Source: the human T2T-CHM13v2.0 reference genome, Homo sapiens
NCBI RefSeq assembly: GCF_009914755.1
Contig: NC_060929.1
DNA: 64,000 nt
Strand: one strand, 5' to 3'
Shown here: positions 38,416 to 54,557 of the stretch, in pieces
Layout of the letters: the number at the start of each line of letters is the position of its first letter
Position numbering within the stretch: the first letter of the stretch is position 1
Notes under the pieces: model-generated
Database searches by the model: none
What the model was told of the DNA's origin: nothing
The model's input: only the letters and a program-made list of their open reading frames with translations
Position numbers and translations under genes: made by a program

Positions 38416-40387
38416 ATCCTAATAAATTATTCTTGGATAATTTTGCATGTGAATATCATGAGGCTCTCCCAAGCAAGGTAATGTATTCAGCAATAGATTA
38501 GGATGACCTCCTGATCTGAATGTAAAATTGGGTATTATGGTCAATAACAGTCACACAAATAATTAATTAAGAGATGTCAAAAAGAAAAACACAGCTTTCA
38601 AAAGCCTCTTGAGTATTTCGCTCATGTGTGCCTGACTGTTGGACGTGGTTACTGAGGTGCGCTGGTGAGTGCAGCTCTTGGTCTCCTAGGGGAGCTGTTT
38701 GCTTTGCCTTGTCACACACATGCTCTTTTGATCTCAGATACTAGTCTCTGTCTGGCTTCCTTGTGGTTAATACATCTGACATATGGCTTGTTTCTTTGTC
38801 TACCTTTTATTGTGTTATTTCATCAGGCTACTTTGAAATCAGTATAAGCAATAATCGGCAGACTACAATTCGGTTTTAAGTGCATTTTCTTATCAAGATA
38901 CATAGAGTTATATGGCATTCTTATGATCCAGTGCTTCAACTGATGGCATATAATGTGGCGTTAAATAAATCTATACAGCCTGACATAGTTAAGTGTACTA
39001 TTAGCTGACATTGAACATAAAAACAGAAGAGTGAAAAAGGTGTATGAGGTCTTCTTAGATAACTAAGCAGCCGAATGAAAATACAGAAAGATATTTCACT
39101 GCTGCTATTCTAATGTCGCTACTTCACTTTTTCTAAGCTTTGGATTTCTCTCCTCATTTCCTCTTTCCATAGGATTCTGTTCTCAGCTAGTGTTTGATAC
39201 CACCTAAGGGTTCTGTCAGTTTAGTGCTCACACAGTTTATCATGCATCTTCACCACTTATTAGCTATGCGACCTTGATCAGGTGAATTCTGCTGTTTGTG
39301 CTACTACTGTATTTCCCTCTCTGTAAAGTGGGGGATAATAATAAGTGTATCTACAACACTGAATGAAGAATAAGTGAAACCATCCATGTACTGGGCTCAG
39401 CATCTTGACTACCACCCCCAGTGGATCCTCCCTGGGCATCAGCTATTATTCTTCTCTGCTTTTATTCATTGGCACTTTCATCTGATTTGCACAAAGAACT
39501 ATATTAATTAATTAAACAAATACATATTTAATGGCTATTGCATACCAGGCATTGTGCTAGGATGAGGGATACAACGATGAATAAAAACAGTGCCCATGAG
39601 AGCAGAGGGCATGTCCACATAGTATTTAATACATTATGCTATTTCTGGCCTCTATCACAGTGTCTGACAGAGAGTGGGTGTTTCATCCAAATAAGCAAAT
39701 AATCAACCCTATGAGGTAAATGAAATTATTATTCCCATTTTACAGATGAAGAAACTGAGACTTAGAAAGGAAGAGTAATCCATCCAGTGACACCCAGGTA
39801 GCTAGTCACAAAATCCCTCCCTAGGGATGGAGGAAGAAAATGCTAACACTGCCAATTCATGCTGCTTGAGAAGGGTTAATCTGGCTTCCCAATTTCTAAT
39901 TTCCAAAGCACATCATGGACCTGCAGATAAACTAAATGCTCAACAACACTGTCCATAAGTACTCATTGATGTTCACCTTGTGTACAAGACACGGTGCTAA
40001 TCTTTGGGATACTGCAGTTAACCTGAGAGACATTAGAGGAGCTTACATTCCGTTCGGGGAGACAGCTATAAACAACTGGTTATGTGTGTGGTTGCCTTGT
40101 GATAAACACTATGTAGACACATATACGAGAGGTTCTGACTTAGGCTGCTATTATGATGATCAGAAAGGCTTCCCTGAGGAAAGAATTTATAAACTAAGCT
40201 CTGAAGGGTGAATAGGAAAGAAGTAACTAGAAAAGAAATGGAGGAAAGCATTTCTAGCAGAATACCATGTTCAAGAACTTGGAACATTAGCATACCGGAG
40301 GAAGGCTAGTGTGCTAGTGTGCTAATGTGCTATACCCTGAGACTGAGTGGGGCAGGGAGATGACATGGAGCTATGGAAACAGGTTAG

Positions 40388-40713
<326 letters not shown>

Positions 40714-43667
40714 CATTTTGGTTTTATCCTAAGTACTCTTCAGTGAGTTTTCAAGAAGAGAGTGATGTGACAAGATATGCAATTTAGAAACATCACAGTA
40801 TGAATGGAGACCAGGGGCACTCTGTTGCAATAGCAATGTGAAAGAAGATGGCAGTGTGGACCAGGATGGTAGCACTGGAGAAGAGTAAGTGGGCAGGCTT
40901 GAGAGATACTCAAGATGTTGAGTTCATAGACTTGTGACTTAGATCAGGGAGATGAGTAGGAGGCCGACCTGAGTTTTATGGGGTCTGAAGCTCATGGAAC
41001 TGGAGAGCTCTTTCAGAAATGGATACTGGATATGGGAAGGTCCCAGGATGACTGTCCAGGTCCTAGGCATTTTATACAGGCACAATGAGGTATGTACAGA
41101 GAAGAGGAGGTATCTCTTCTCTGCACCTCTTTTTATTAAGAAGCCACACTTTTCTCAGAATCCTCCCCAGCATTCCTTTCATGCGTAGGAAATTGGGTAG
41201 AAAATTAGATAATTCCTTCCAGTTCTGAGACTCAGTGATTGTGGTGGGAACAAAACATTTTAGGAAGCACAATTCTCATCAGCAAGCTGAGAAGACAATC
41301 CACATCTGTACTCTAGTGACAAGATATAATTATTGTTCAATAAGATACTTTTGATATAATTATGCTGGGACAACAGGGATAAACGAAAGCTGTCCTTGAC
41401 AAATTGGAACAATGACCACTCTATCTCTTATGGACATACGTGACTGGGTGAGTTCCCTCTCTTCTTCCCACCTCTGAGCTGTCTTCCCTGCCCTTGTATC
41501 CCTGCTGCTGGGCTATGACTCATCTTCCTCACTGACCACAGTTGGCACCTCTTTTCCGTCAGCTGACTGGCACTGCAGCATTTTCCACTGGGGCAAGGAG
41601 AAGGCATGAGCTGTAAGCTCTCAGAAATAATCAGGAGCATGGGGATTGTTAGCCTTGCTTCTGATGGAACCCAGACTCAGGCTGGGAAATTATTGACAGG
41701 ATGTAGTTGGCTAGGAGATAGTGTCTTTCCAAGTGAGCCGAGAGAACACTGGTCCCTGAATATGCTCCAGGAGAAAGGGATTCTGTCTGGACAAATGCTG
41801 AAAAATGCACCCCTAAAGAGTCTTAGTACACGCTAGTATATATAAAAGGCTATTGAGAAGTCCTACAGTGAAAAAATGCAAAAAACTCAGGTTTTGTCCA
41901 CAACTGTGCAAGACTTGGGCATCCTTTTTAAACATACACACCCCACACCACTGATAAATATCCCAAAGAATAGACTTGGAGAAACTTTTTAAAAAGAAGA
42001 CACATTAACATCAAGCCAGGAAGGCCAAGAAATGGGGAGACAAATAGAATGGCCCAACATACTAGAATACTCCTAGAGTCAATGTGCTGGTTATTAACAT
42101 ATCTTAGCATCCCTGGGGATGAGCCACACATGAGTTCATGGGATTGATTCTTCATCCAAATGTTGCTTGAGTTATTGGATTGGTCTGTTGCCTCCTAAGA
42201 ACGTTGGTTCCTTTCAAAATAGGTCAAGGAGTGATGATTGACAAGGACAACTTCTCTCACCCTTAAATTTGTTGGGGTTTCCAAAATTTGAAGAAGCGGT
42301 ATAAACTCTCTAGGTGTTCCTGGAAGCATGAGATTGCTTATTAAGGCATCAGTTTGCAAAATTTGGAAGTAAAGCTAAAAAGTGAAACAGAGTGAAGGAG
42401 CAAAAAGATAGGGTTGGATAAACCAGTTTTAAAATTGCGGCTTAACTGTACAACCTTTGGCAAATGATTTAACCTTTCTGAATCTCAGTTTCCATATATG
42501 TAAAAATACTTCACTTGTAGGATAATGCAAGCATTAGAAATAACATGTCTTATTCATGAATTATCATTGTGAAAATATAGAAAGTGTATGCTTAATGCAA
42601 AGAAAATGTTCAGTTAACAAAAGCTTTCCTATTATTTCAAATAACAGAAAAGAATCTGCAGTAGATTCCTATGGTTCAGGAAGGCATACTCTGTTCATGG
42701 AGCAGAAGGAGCAGAGTGGATGATTCAAACTGTCATGTATATTAATGCTATTGCCTTGCAAATTACAAGGCAGTTAGGAAAACATTTATCTTCCTTCTCA
42801 TGAGGTTAAAATTGTTTTTAAGAATAAATATTTATTCCGTGCTATAAATATCTTCTAAAGTGTCATGTCACCTTTTTTGTCTTGCTAATATAAGGCATAG
42901 CTTGGATGCTGGAATTACTGCCAGGTTAAAATCTCAGCTCTACTCCTTGCTATCTGCATGACCTTAAGCAAGTAAACAAAACATGTTACCCCTCAGTGTC
43001 TCACTTTCCCATCCTCAAAATAAGGACAATAATATTATTTATCTCAGATTCGTTTTTACGATTCTTGTGAGAATTTAATTAAACAATGCACTGTGCTGTG
43101 AATATAGTTAAGAAAGAATCTGTTTTGTATTGTTATTATTGGCATCTCAATGCTTTAGAAATTTTTTTTTGTTTGAAAATTGTTACTCCAATTTCTTTCT
43201 GGATGCTAGGAGAAATCCTTACCAATTGGATGTGAGACAAAATTAAACAATGATTTTCTTTATTCAATATCTTCTTTTCCCTCACTTGTTGCCTCTGGCT
43301 TTCCTTAGTCCTGGGGAACTGCCTTTTGAGCCTCAACTGTCACTTCAAGGATTCCTCGTTGCAGTTCAGTCTACACTGGTGATGATTAACCCATTTCCAA
43401 TGTGGCATTAGGAAAGGAAGGTTCACATTGGAATGACAATTCACGAGGCCACATAATCTTAGCCAGAGATATTTAACAGTATTTTCATCTTCTTCATCGA
43501 CTCTTACATTTTCTCCTTTATTGGATTTGCAGATAAGAGCTACAAATTCAAATCTGTTTGGTTCTAAAGTCCGTTTTGTTTTCATGACACCACAATAAAA
43601 ACAACAATCTCACAAATAATGAAAACTAACATTTACTGAATATTTACTTTCTACAGAAACCATACTT

Positions 43668-43990
<323 letters not shown>

Positions 43991-45274
43991 CTAAATTACT
44001 TCTCTGCATTATCTTATTTAATCCTAACAGCAAATGCATAAGAGGTAGACTTCATTGTTGTATATGAGTAAATAAGGCCCAGAAAGGTGAGGTAACCCGC
44101 TCAATGGCACATAGTTAGAAGGTGGTAGAGCCTGGATTCAGATTCATTTGTGGCTGACTCAAGAGTGCACACCTCTAGCCTTTAAGTTGTTAATATATTT
44201 TCAGACATTTTTGGCCCTTTAATGATTAGAATAGTATCATTTACAGCAACTGATTGAGAAAAGCTAAGGCTTGTGGCTTTTTGGTTTCTGTAAGTAAAAA
44301 TAACAACAGCAGGTTCACGGCCATTCATTCATGTCCCAAAAGCTTATTAAGTGCTAGTAAAGAATGACCAGAGCCAAGGGCCTAGATGCTCAGATAAACA
44401 AGATGGGTTTGATCCACCTCTGAGACACCTGATGGGATGGATAGGACCTCATAAGTGGGCTTTCTTCCTTCTAATTCTCTCTGGCAAGAGAATTTGAAAC
44501 AGCCCATAAATTTCTTTATTATTACAAATCTCTCTTAACATTTTGGGCTCAAAATTTATACTATTCAGTAAGCATTTTCTTATCCAAAACAGACTGGCAT
44601 TAGGCACCCTACCATGGAACACTCAAATGATACTCTTTTCTATGAATGTGACTATGAACTGGAAATTATGCATGATATGTGGGGAGCACTGGACCCTCCC
44701 CAAGAATGAGTTTTGAGCTGAGCCCTGGTGGTGCCTGGAATAGGAGAAGTGATGATGCAAGAAGTGTTGTAAAATATGTAAGACAGAACTAAGGCCAAAG
44801 GGTACTCTCCTCTCACTGAGACATCATCGAGGTTTATAAATCACCTGTCACTGGGGCCACTAGGGACAGGGATACAGGAAATGAAGGGATCAATCATGAC
44901 AACCCTGCAGGAAGAAATTCGAGGATGTTTTCCTCTATCCTCTTCTAAGAACAAGAATTCCTTTCAAGATTGGGGGTCCCTGTTCAGATACATATTTAAT
45001 GAAGATACTCTCAATATGGGGGTGTATAGAGATGGGGTGCATATGGATGTGGAGGAGAGAGAAAGTGCTTTATGGCATTCCAGCCAAATTGACTGAAAGT
45101 GGCACACATGGTAGAGAGAACCGGTATAGAAACCAGGAAAGTGGTCTCTGCCTCCCTGGCACATGCCATGAGAATGATGGGCGCATAATGACTTCAGTCA
45201 CCTCCTTTTACTGGTACATTAATGATAGAGTAATGCTTATAAAATATGTACATATAGCAACAACATACAGGCTT

Positions 45275-45600
45275 AGTTAGACTGTTCTCTCTCAGGATGG
45301 CTCTGCTTCGTGCTATGAGTTGGCTGGGCTTGGTTCCAGAATGTGGTTTTGATTTACATCTGGTTCATATACATCTGTTCTGGAAACCAGGCTTAAGGGG
45401 CAGTAGCTCCTGGGGCACACTCTCCTCACAGCGCTGGGTCACTGAAAAGCAAGGGCCAAGCCAAACTGTGCAAGCACATTTGAGGCCTCTGCTTGCATCA
45501 CATTCATTAATATTCCATTGGCCAAAGTAGATTGCATGGTCAACATCAGTGGTCCAAGAAAGTATACTCTGTCCACAGGGGCAGAGGGAACAGAGTGGAT
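45275..45600 (-). mobile_element. Old MLT1-family LTR fragment
   Basis: tattccattggccaaagtag..catgg is the reverse MLT1 core. Confidence 0.55.
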
Positions 45601-45894
45601 AATTCAAACAATCATTTATATGAATGTTATAGCTTTGCAAATTACAAGGCAGTTGGAAGGCATTTCTCTTCCTCCTCATGAGTTTAAACTTGTATTTAAG
45701 AATTAATCTGTATCCTTTGTACACGTGCATGTATTTGTGTTTGTACTCACAGCATGTACATGGTTAATCCAATAGTTACCAGATGGACATTCAAAAGAAA
45801 GTAGAGACCATCTATGGAAATTGTTTTATGTACAACACAAACACACACAAACTATTTCTGTATATGTATATACATATATATACACACACACATA

Positions 45895-46365
45895 TGAAAT
45901 TCAGCCTTTAAAAGGAGCTCTTGCCACTTGCAATAAATGAATGAACCTAGAGTATATTATGCTAAGAGAAATAAGCCAGACACAGAAAGAAAAATGCTGC
46001 ATAATGTCACTTATATGTGGAATTTTTAAAAAGTCAAATAGATGGAAATGTAGAGTAGAATGGTTTTTGCAGTGGGGTGGGAGAGGTGGGGGGAAATGGG
46101 GAGATATAGGTCAAATAGTATAATGTTGTAGTTATGTAGGATAAAAGTCTAGAGATGTGATGTACAGCATGAGGACTATAGTTAATAAAAATGTATTACA
46201 TACTGGAAATTTGCTTAAAGAGTTTTCTTAGCATTTAGGTGCTTTTACCACAAAAGAAAAAAGGTAACTGAGAGAATGGATATGTTAATTTGCTTGACTG
46301 TAATCATCTTTTCACTATGTATTTATATATCACAATATCACATTGTACACCTTAAATATGTACAA
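45895..46365 (+). mobile_element. L1MA/MB-type 3' end fragment
   Basis: atgaacctagagtatattatgctaagagaaataagccagacacagaaag ... ttgtacaccttaaatatgtac. Confidence 0.75.
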
Positions 46366-46544
46366 TCAATCAATTAATCGATTAATCAATGAAATGAAAA
46401 TAGAGATATATCTTCAACTAATCCTGATGGAAAGAAGTCCTTCTGGAATTTCTGAAAGATCATTCTAGTTTTACTGAATGATTATGACTTAGGAGAAATG
46501 AATGGATTCTGGGGAAAAACCAGTTCCCAAGGGGAGAAAGGTCA

Positions 46545-47039
<495 letters not shown>

Positions 47040-47366
47040 TCATTTCTCTTACATGTAGTAAGTCTGTTTAGTTTAGTTTAGATAGTTTGTTCATTTCTCA
47101 ACATTTCAGTTAAGGCTCAGTCATACAGCTTTGCATGTTGTCAAGAAAGTGAAGGATGGGCTAGAGAGGAAAATAAAACATACCTTGTTCAGGTAGATTC
47201 TTAAATTGACTCCAAGAAAGCCCAATTTCCTAAAAAGGAATTAACTCCTTAATGTAAACTGTCAGCTTTTCTTTTGTATAGTCCATTTGGGAAACACAAT
47301 AAAAGAGGGAGATCTTGTTTGTGGTGGAAACATGAGCTTTTTTTCTTTTGACTTAGTGAGAAACAA

Positions 47367-47372
47367 TTTATT
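47367..47372 (-). terminator. Distal polyadenylation signal AATAAA of PCSK1
   Basis: Plus-strand tttatt; minus reads AATAAATTGTTTCTCACTAAGTCA. Confidence 0.7.
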
Positions 47373-48592
47373 TTTCTGATTTATAAGCATATTTTACATA
47401 TTCTGGTCAATACATCAAATGTATAATGTGGAAGTTCCCTTAAGAATACCAAGACCACACATGTTAAACTCAGCTACATGTTGTATTAGGCTATTAGACA
47501 AATGTCACTTTTAATATCACAACACATACATGTACTTTTTTTCATTGACAGAGGAACATGCCTTTCAAAAATATTTTATTGGGTGAAACTTTCTTATTCT
47601 CAGGAAAACTTTTGGTTCTTTAATATAATTTATTATGCTCTTTAAAATTCTGTTTGATAAAAGCATTGGTATATTATAAATACCTGTAAAGAAAATATAG
47701 TTTAAAATTTCAAGGGAAATAGTATATAAGTTTTCTCTTTGACATTTTCACAAAAATCCACACAGGCACTAAGAAAGACTGACAAAACTGTTTTATATCT
47801 GAATATTATACTCCAGGTTGGAAACATTCAATATGATTTTATTTAAATATTAAAGCTTCTTGAGAGTGAACCTTTGGCTACAACCCAATGAGTTGGCTGG
47901 GGTTTTAACCCAGAAAATATTTTGTTAGGAAGAATCAAAAGAAAGATTTATACATCTAGCACTAGATTGGGAATGGAAAAGTAATGAGTTTTCATTCTAA
48001 CTCTTTATTGGCCTTTCCGGGCCAATCTAAGAATTCTCTGGTCCTTTTTAGTTTTAATACTTTTTGATATGCTCCAATATTGGAAATTCTATCTAACACT
48101 TCATATCAAACAATATATGAAACTTCCAAGGACAGAGTGATTCCGCAAGTCTTTTAGGAGAACATTCTCTAAGCATTACGGGCATTGCTCTGCAAACACC
48201 CTCTACACAAATTCAAATGGTAGAAGAGCAGGTGAAAATTTGTGTTACCAACCATACTTCAAGCCAAAGCAAATGACAGACTCTAGTGTTCTTTTCATGA
48301 ACCAGTTCAATGCCATGAATTACCTTATGAAGTTCAAACTTCATGGAAAAATTGCAAACAGCAAACTCAGTGGGAGAAAGCCAGCATTGTAGGTGACTGG
48401 AGACTTTGTAAGCATATTGAGAGAAGGAAGCCAGAAGGTTAGTAATAAATGAATTAGTATTAGTGATCATCCAGGTGAGGTGAGATTACATAAGCAAACT
48501 CATAATTATTATTGTACAGATCCTGCCTAACAGAAGATGCGGGTAGTTTGTTTTTCCTAATGCATTTACACTTTGTACACATTCGCTTAGTG

Positions 48593-48881
48593 TAGGAGTG
48601 GGCAAAATCAAATGCCTATTGGATACTGCCCAGCAAGGAATCAAGTGCCTGCTCTAGGTAACATGGAGCAGGGTGCCATGGGGACTGAGAGTCATCTAAT
48701 CAGGCAGCTGCTACTCAGCTCCAGCTAACTGTTGCCATGAGCAAAGATGGGTCCGAGAATGAGGTTTTATGTGAAACATCATATTTTCAATAACCACTCA
48801 TATTTTAAAAACATTCTGCATACCAAACAAAATCTACCTGAGGGACAATTAAGGTCCATGGCCTGCCAGTTTCTGCTTCTG
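48593..48881. mobile_element. MER102-like hAT relic inside the PCSK1 3' UTR
   Basis: gcagctgctactcagctccagctaactgttgccatg core as recalled for MER102. Ends approximate. Confidence 0.55.
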
Positions 48882-49203
48882 ATTTGAAGCTTAGGAGCAA
48901 TTTGGTGAGAATTTGGACACTATCAGTGATAGGATTGGAGAAGAACTTTTAGTATCAAGGAATAAACATTCAGTTTCAAATACTTAGAACACGCTGTTCT
49001 AATGAACACAGTTGGAAAAAAACAAAAACAAAACTTCTCTTGGTTTCTCCCTATTATGAGTATTTTTCTATTATTACATTAGGTCTCCATGTGATAAGTG
49101 GTTTCCTGTTACTGCTGAAAAAAATTGTGACTAGGAATTTGCCAAGTCCCAAGTGTAAGTTTTTTTTTTTCTGGGAAAGTGGTATATATCATTTCTCCCA
49201 ACA

Positions 49204-49209
49204 TTTATT
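49204..49209 (-). terminator. Candidate proximal polyadenylation signal AATAAA of PCSK1
   Basis: Plus-strand tttatt ~780 nt after the stop; use would give a ~3 kb mRNA. Confidence 0.45.
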
Positions 49210-49985
49210 TTGTGGCTGAGAAAGGAGACAGGTATAGAAAACTTTCAGAAGGAGAAACAGAGGAAAGACCAGGCATGCAGCACGAGTCATAACCACCTCT
49301 GGATCCACGGACGCCTCTGGCACCACAGACACAGTGCACCAGGCAAAGAATGTTCGAAAATTGCTCAAACCAGAGCATTCAGATTTCAAGATCTGTTTCT
49401 AGATCTAAATAATCCAGCTTTTGACCAACATGACCAGATTTTGACTACAGGAATGAGTGGCACTTTGGAATAGAAAGATCTAGGGAATGAGTCTTACAGT
49501 GAACTCCTTCATTAGGCCTACCAAATACTTTCTTGGCATCAAAATTTGAAGAACCACATGGACAAGACAGGGAACAAGCTACAGAAACAGTTTCTGACTC
49601 CTTCTCATTCTTTGCAGATTATGTTTTCAAATTAATTGATATCCCAGGTTTTGCCTTTTCTTTTGAGAATTGAAATGGGCTCTAATGCAGTGTTCTAATG
49701 TAGTGTAAGAGCTTTTTGTCGACTGTGACTCCAGAAAGAACAAAACACTTCACTTGTGCAGACAGGAAAGATGTGTTTTGAAATACCTATGATCAATTCT
49801 GGAAGTTGAACTTCCTGCTTGAGCTCATCCCCTTCACATGTACAGTTTAGGGAGAAAAAGAAAAGGTGCCACAAAGGATATTATAAGCATAAGAATTCAT
49901 GACAAAACAACCACTTCAGACACAGGCAAAATCGCAGGGTAAGGAAGAAGCATGAATATTTCCAACTTGGGACCACACACTTATT

Positions 49986-50363
<378 letters not shown>

Positions 50364-51788
50364 CTAAAACATAGAATGCCATCCACAAAGGGAAGAAGGT
50401 TCATTATTTATGGCCAGGCAAGCTAGTTGCAACCCTACCACAGGAACGCTGCCTGCCGCTTGAGAGGCAATGAGGGGAGGGGAGAGAGTTCAAGACTGGG
50501 AGCCACATGGACTTGGGCTTCAACCCTCATTTGCCTACCCTCTGGGGTACCTTTAACAACCTTTTTAATCTCCCTCAACTTCACCTGTCAGGTGGAATAA
50601 GAGTACCTCCATTTGTGGTGGTTTTGAAGACTAGATGAGACTGTATAGGTAAGTACTCAGTACATGGTGGTTTTCTTTACTTGTCAGCCTGCTGTCATGG
50701 AATCCATTTTGGGAAGCAGAGGATATCAAAATATCTAACAAGTCATATAGAAGGCACCCACTGGTTGCGGTAGCATGGGTGTGCCTTCCTGGAGGCACTG
50801 GCTTTCAGAACTACCCTTTTAGCCACTGAGCTGTAAGAAGTGGTCAGGGGAGAGACTGAGGTGCTAGGCTGGGGAGGAGGGAGCTGGAGAGCTCAGAGAA
50901 GCCAACCTTGGCCAACTGCTGTGGAAGTGTTTCAATATTCCAACACTGACAAGGTTAACCTGCTTCCCAGACTGTGAAGAAAAGTACTCAGGACTCAGGT
51001 CCTGGAGGGAAGCTGCTTTGAAGAATATAAATGGAACTAGAATTCAAGCTGAGGCCTTCACAGTTCATGTGTAAGTTTCTTGAATATGTACTTTGCCTCT
51101 GTATCTTCCAAAACACCCAGCTCAGAGCTGGACCTATTCAGAGCAGGGCGTTCTGAAAATTCTGAAAACCTACCTATTACACCTGAGGCACTGTGCTAGA
51201 TGCTGGGATACAGAGATAAAGAAAATGTGGGCTTTTCTCACCATCTGATAGAAGGAAGCCAGGAGCCATAGCAGGCTGAAACCCAGGAATGTGAACGACT
51301 TATTTTAGCTATCCTCTGAAATTTTTTGAGAAAAAGTGTGATCTATCGCTCCCCTTGGTGTTGCCAAGAAGTGTCAGTTAATGAATTAATAAAAAGAAGC
51401 CTACATGATTTGGCCATTTGAGCCTTGTTTTTCTTTCTGCAAAATGGATACACGAATGTCTATCCTTCCTAGGTTATAGGGATTATAGGTTAATGAGACA
51501 ATGTGGAAAATGCTTAAAAACAAAGTACAGTACAAATGTTAGATATATGTGATTGGGCATAAAGATAACTTTTTTTTCCATTTGTTATCTGTCATAAGTG
51601 GAGAAAATTCATGTTAGGAAATTTAATACTTTTGAATTCATTAATTGTGATTTCTAAGTTCTGGATAAAATATTGAATGAAAAAAATACAGTTTTATCCT
51701 ATGGAAAAGAATAGTTTACCACTATCACTTCTTATCCTCCCTATCCATGTTTGACTTATTTCCTGCTTGGAAGTTGGGTACAGCTTCA

Positions 51789-52010
<222 letters not shown>

Positions 52011-52409
52011 CTAACAAATAAGCATACCTACATTTAGTATGTGTTTTAGATAATATAAAACAAACTCATTCAAAATAGCTAAAAAGGATTTCATTGTTAA
52101 AATCTCATTTTAAGATTCTGTGCATTTCATGTGAAAGAAACCATTGGATCCACTCTTGCTATAAAAATTGACAATTTGTAGGTTCAACAGTTTAGAAACT
52201 GATTGCTTCATAATCAAACATTTAATTTAAAAATCAGAAATCTCTATGTAAGTCTTCTTTTCCATATTGGATGTGTTCTTGGAAAGCTGACTGTACCTTC
52301 TATAAATATATTTCCCAATTATCAACTTATAGAAACATTCCACTGGGAAAAAAGTCAGCCTCTATGGAGTATTATAAACAACCTCTAGCATTAATAAGCC
52401 CTTAAAAAT

Positions 52410-52781
52410 TGTGTGGCACATATGCACTGTGGAATACTATGCAGCCATAAAAAAGAGTGAGTTCATGTCCTCTGCAGGGACATGGATAAAGCTGGAAACC
52501 ATCATTCTCAGCAAACCAACACAGGAACAGAAAACCAAACACTGAATGTTCTCACTCATAAGTGGGAGTTGAACAGTGGGAACATATGGGCACAGGGAGG
52601 GGAACATCACACAATGGGCCTGTCAGGGAGTAGGGGGCAAGGGGAGGGATAGCATTAGGAGAAATATCTAATGTAGATGATGGGTTGATGGGTGCAGCAA
52701 ACCACCATGGCATGTGTATACCTATGTAACAAACCTGCACACTCTGTACATGTACTCCAGAACTTAAAGTATAATAAAAAA
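52410..52781 (+). mobile_element. 5'-truncated L1PA6-8-like 3' end in PCSK1 intron 12
   Basis: ggaatactatgcagccataaaaaag ... gaacttaaagtataataaaaa. Confidence 0.9.
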
Positions 52782-53259
52782 CTAAATAAAAGAGGTCTAT
52801 AAAGTTCAATGACAAAAAATAAATAAATAAGAGGTCTATAAATTCAGTTACAAAAAGTTGCATATTTGGGGGAATAGTCATAATTTTCAAGGCTCAACAA
52901 TTATAAATAATGTGTTAAAATCTAAAATATCTTTAAAAATTTAGAAGTGTAAGGTCAGATTTTGCAGACTTGACATGAAATAAATCCCACCTTGGTAAAT
53001 AGATTTTCTTAGTTTCCTGATGGTGAAATTGAGTTGAAGAATAGAGGCCAAATTCAAGAACAGGCCCAGATGCTAAGAACATTCTTTTTTTGCTCTATGA
53101 GAGAAGGACATTTTACAACTTCCATTTCTAAATCACAATTTTAGCAGTCTTTAGGAGAAAGCTATCCTCAGAGAAAAAAATGTAACAAACGACTATAGAA
53201 TTTGTATTAATTTAATTGACATCTCCAAGAACTTTAAATGATTTATTTTCAAAAAGTTA

Positions 53260-53560
<301 letters not shown>

Positions 53561-54209
53561 AAGTTATTTAGGCGTATAATTCTACACTGCTGATATTTAT
53601 TACACTTTTGTCACAGAAGAACTCAGAGCCAAAACATTATTCATTTATATTCTCACCTACAGAGAATGTTGGAGAAATGATGCAAAAATAAATAATTAAG
53701 CTATATTTGGCTTTTTTCTAACTTTTGCTCTGTACTTGCATTTTTGTGACTGTGTGTTAAAATTACAGAAGGATGTCAAAGAATGTTAGTAAACAGAATG
53801 AAAAAGAAATGAGAAATGCTTTCGGTTTGTTTCATGACTAAAACTGTTTAAAAAAGTCATATTAAATAAGATATCTCTCCAAACATTAAGCTACATCTAA
53901 ATAGCTATTGCAGAATAATCATAAGCATGCCTTTAAGATGTGACTCTGGCAGAATGTCACACCAAAGTTGGTCTGAGCATTTAAGTATCTTTGTGAATAT
54001 GATTGATTTTGTTGGCTGAATAGGTTAGATGGCTGGCTGCATGCAGACTTGGGAACACCTGGATTTGTCCCACAGTCTGTCACATTGTTTATATAAGTGT
54101 TTTTCCCCCTCTTATAGTATGGCTGAAGCCTAATCTTTCTTTTTGAATATTATCTACGTAACCAAGTGGTCAGGGCTTGAAACACTCTACTTTTCCCTTA
54201 CTTCTACTA

Positions 54210-54557
<348 letters not shown>

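Larger units (their letters stand above)
47350..49985 (-). other. PCSK1: PCSK1 3' UTR (long form, ~2.6 kb; end approximate)
   Basis: Follows the stop codon. Distal AATAAA at 47372-47367 with a CA dinucleotide ~16 nt downstream. Length fits the known ~5 kb mRNA. Confidence 0.75.
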
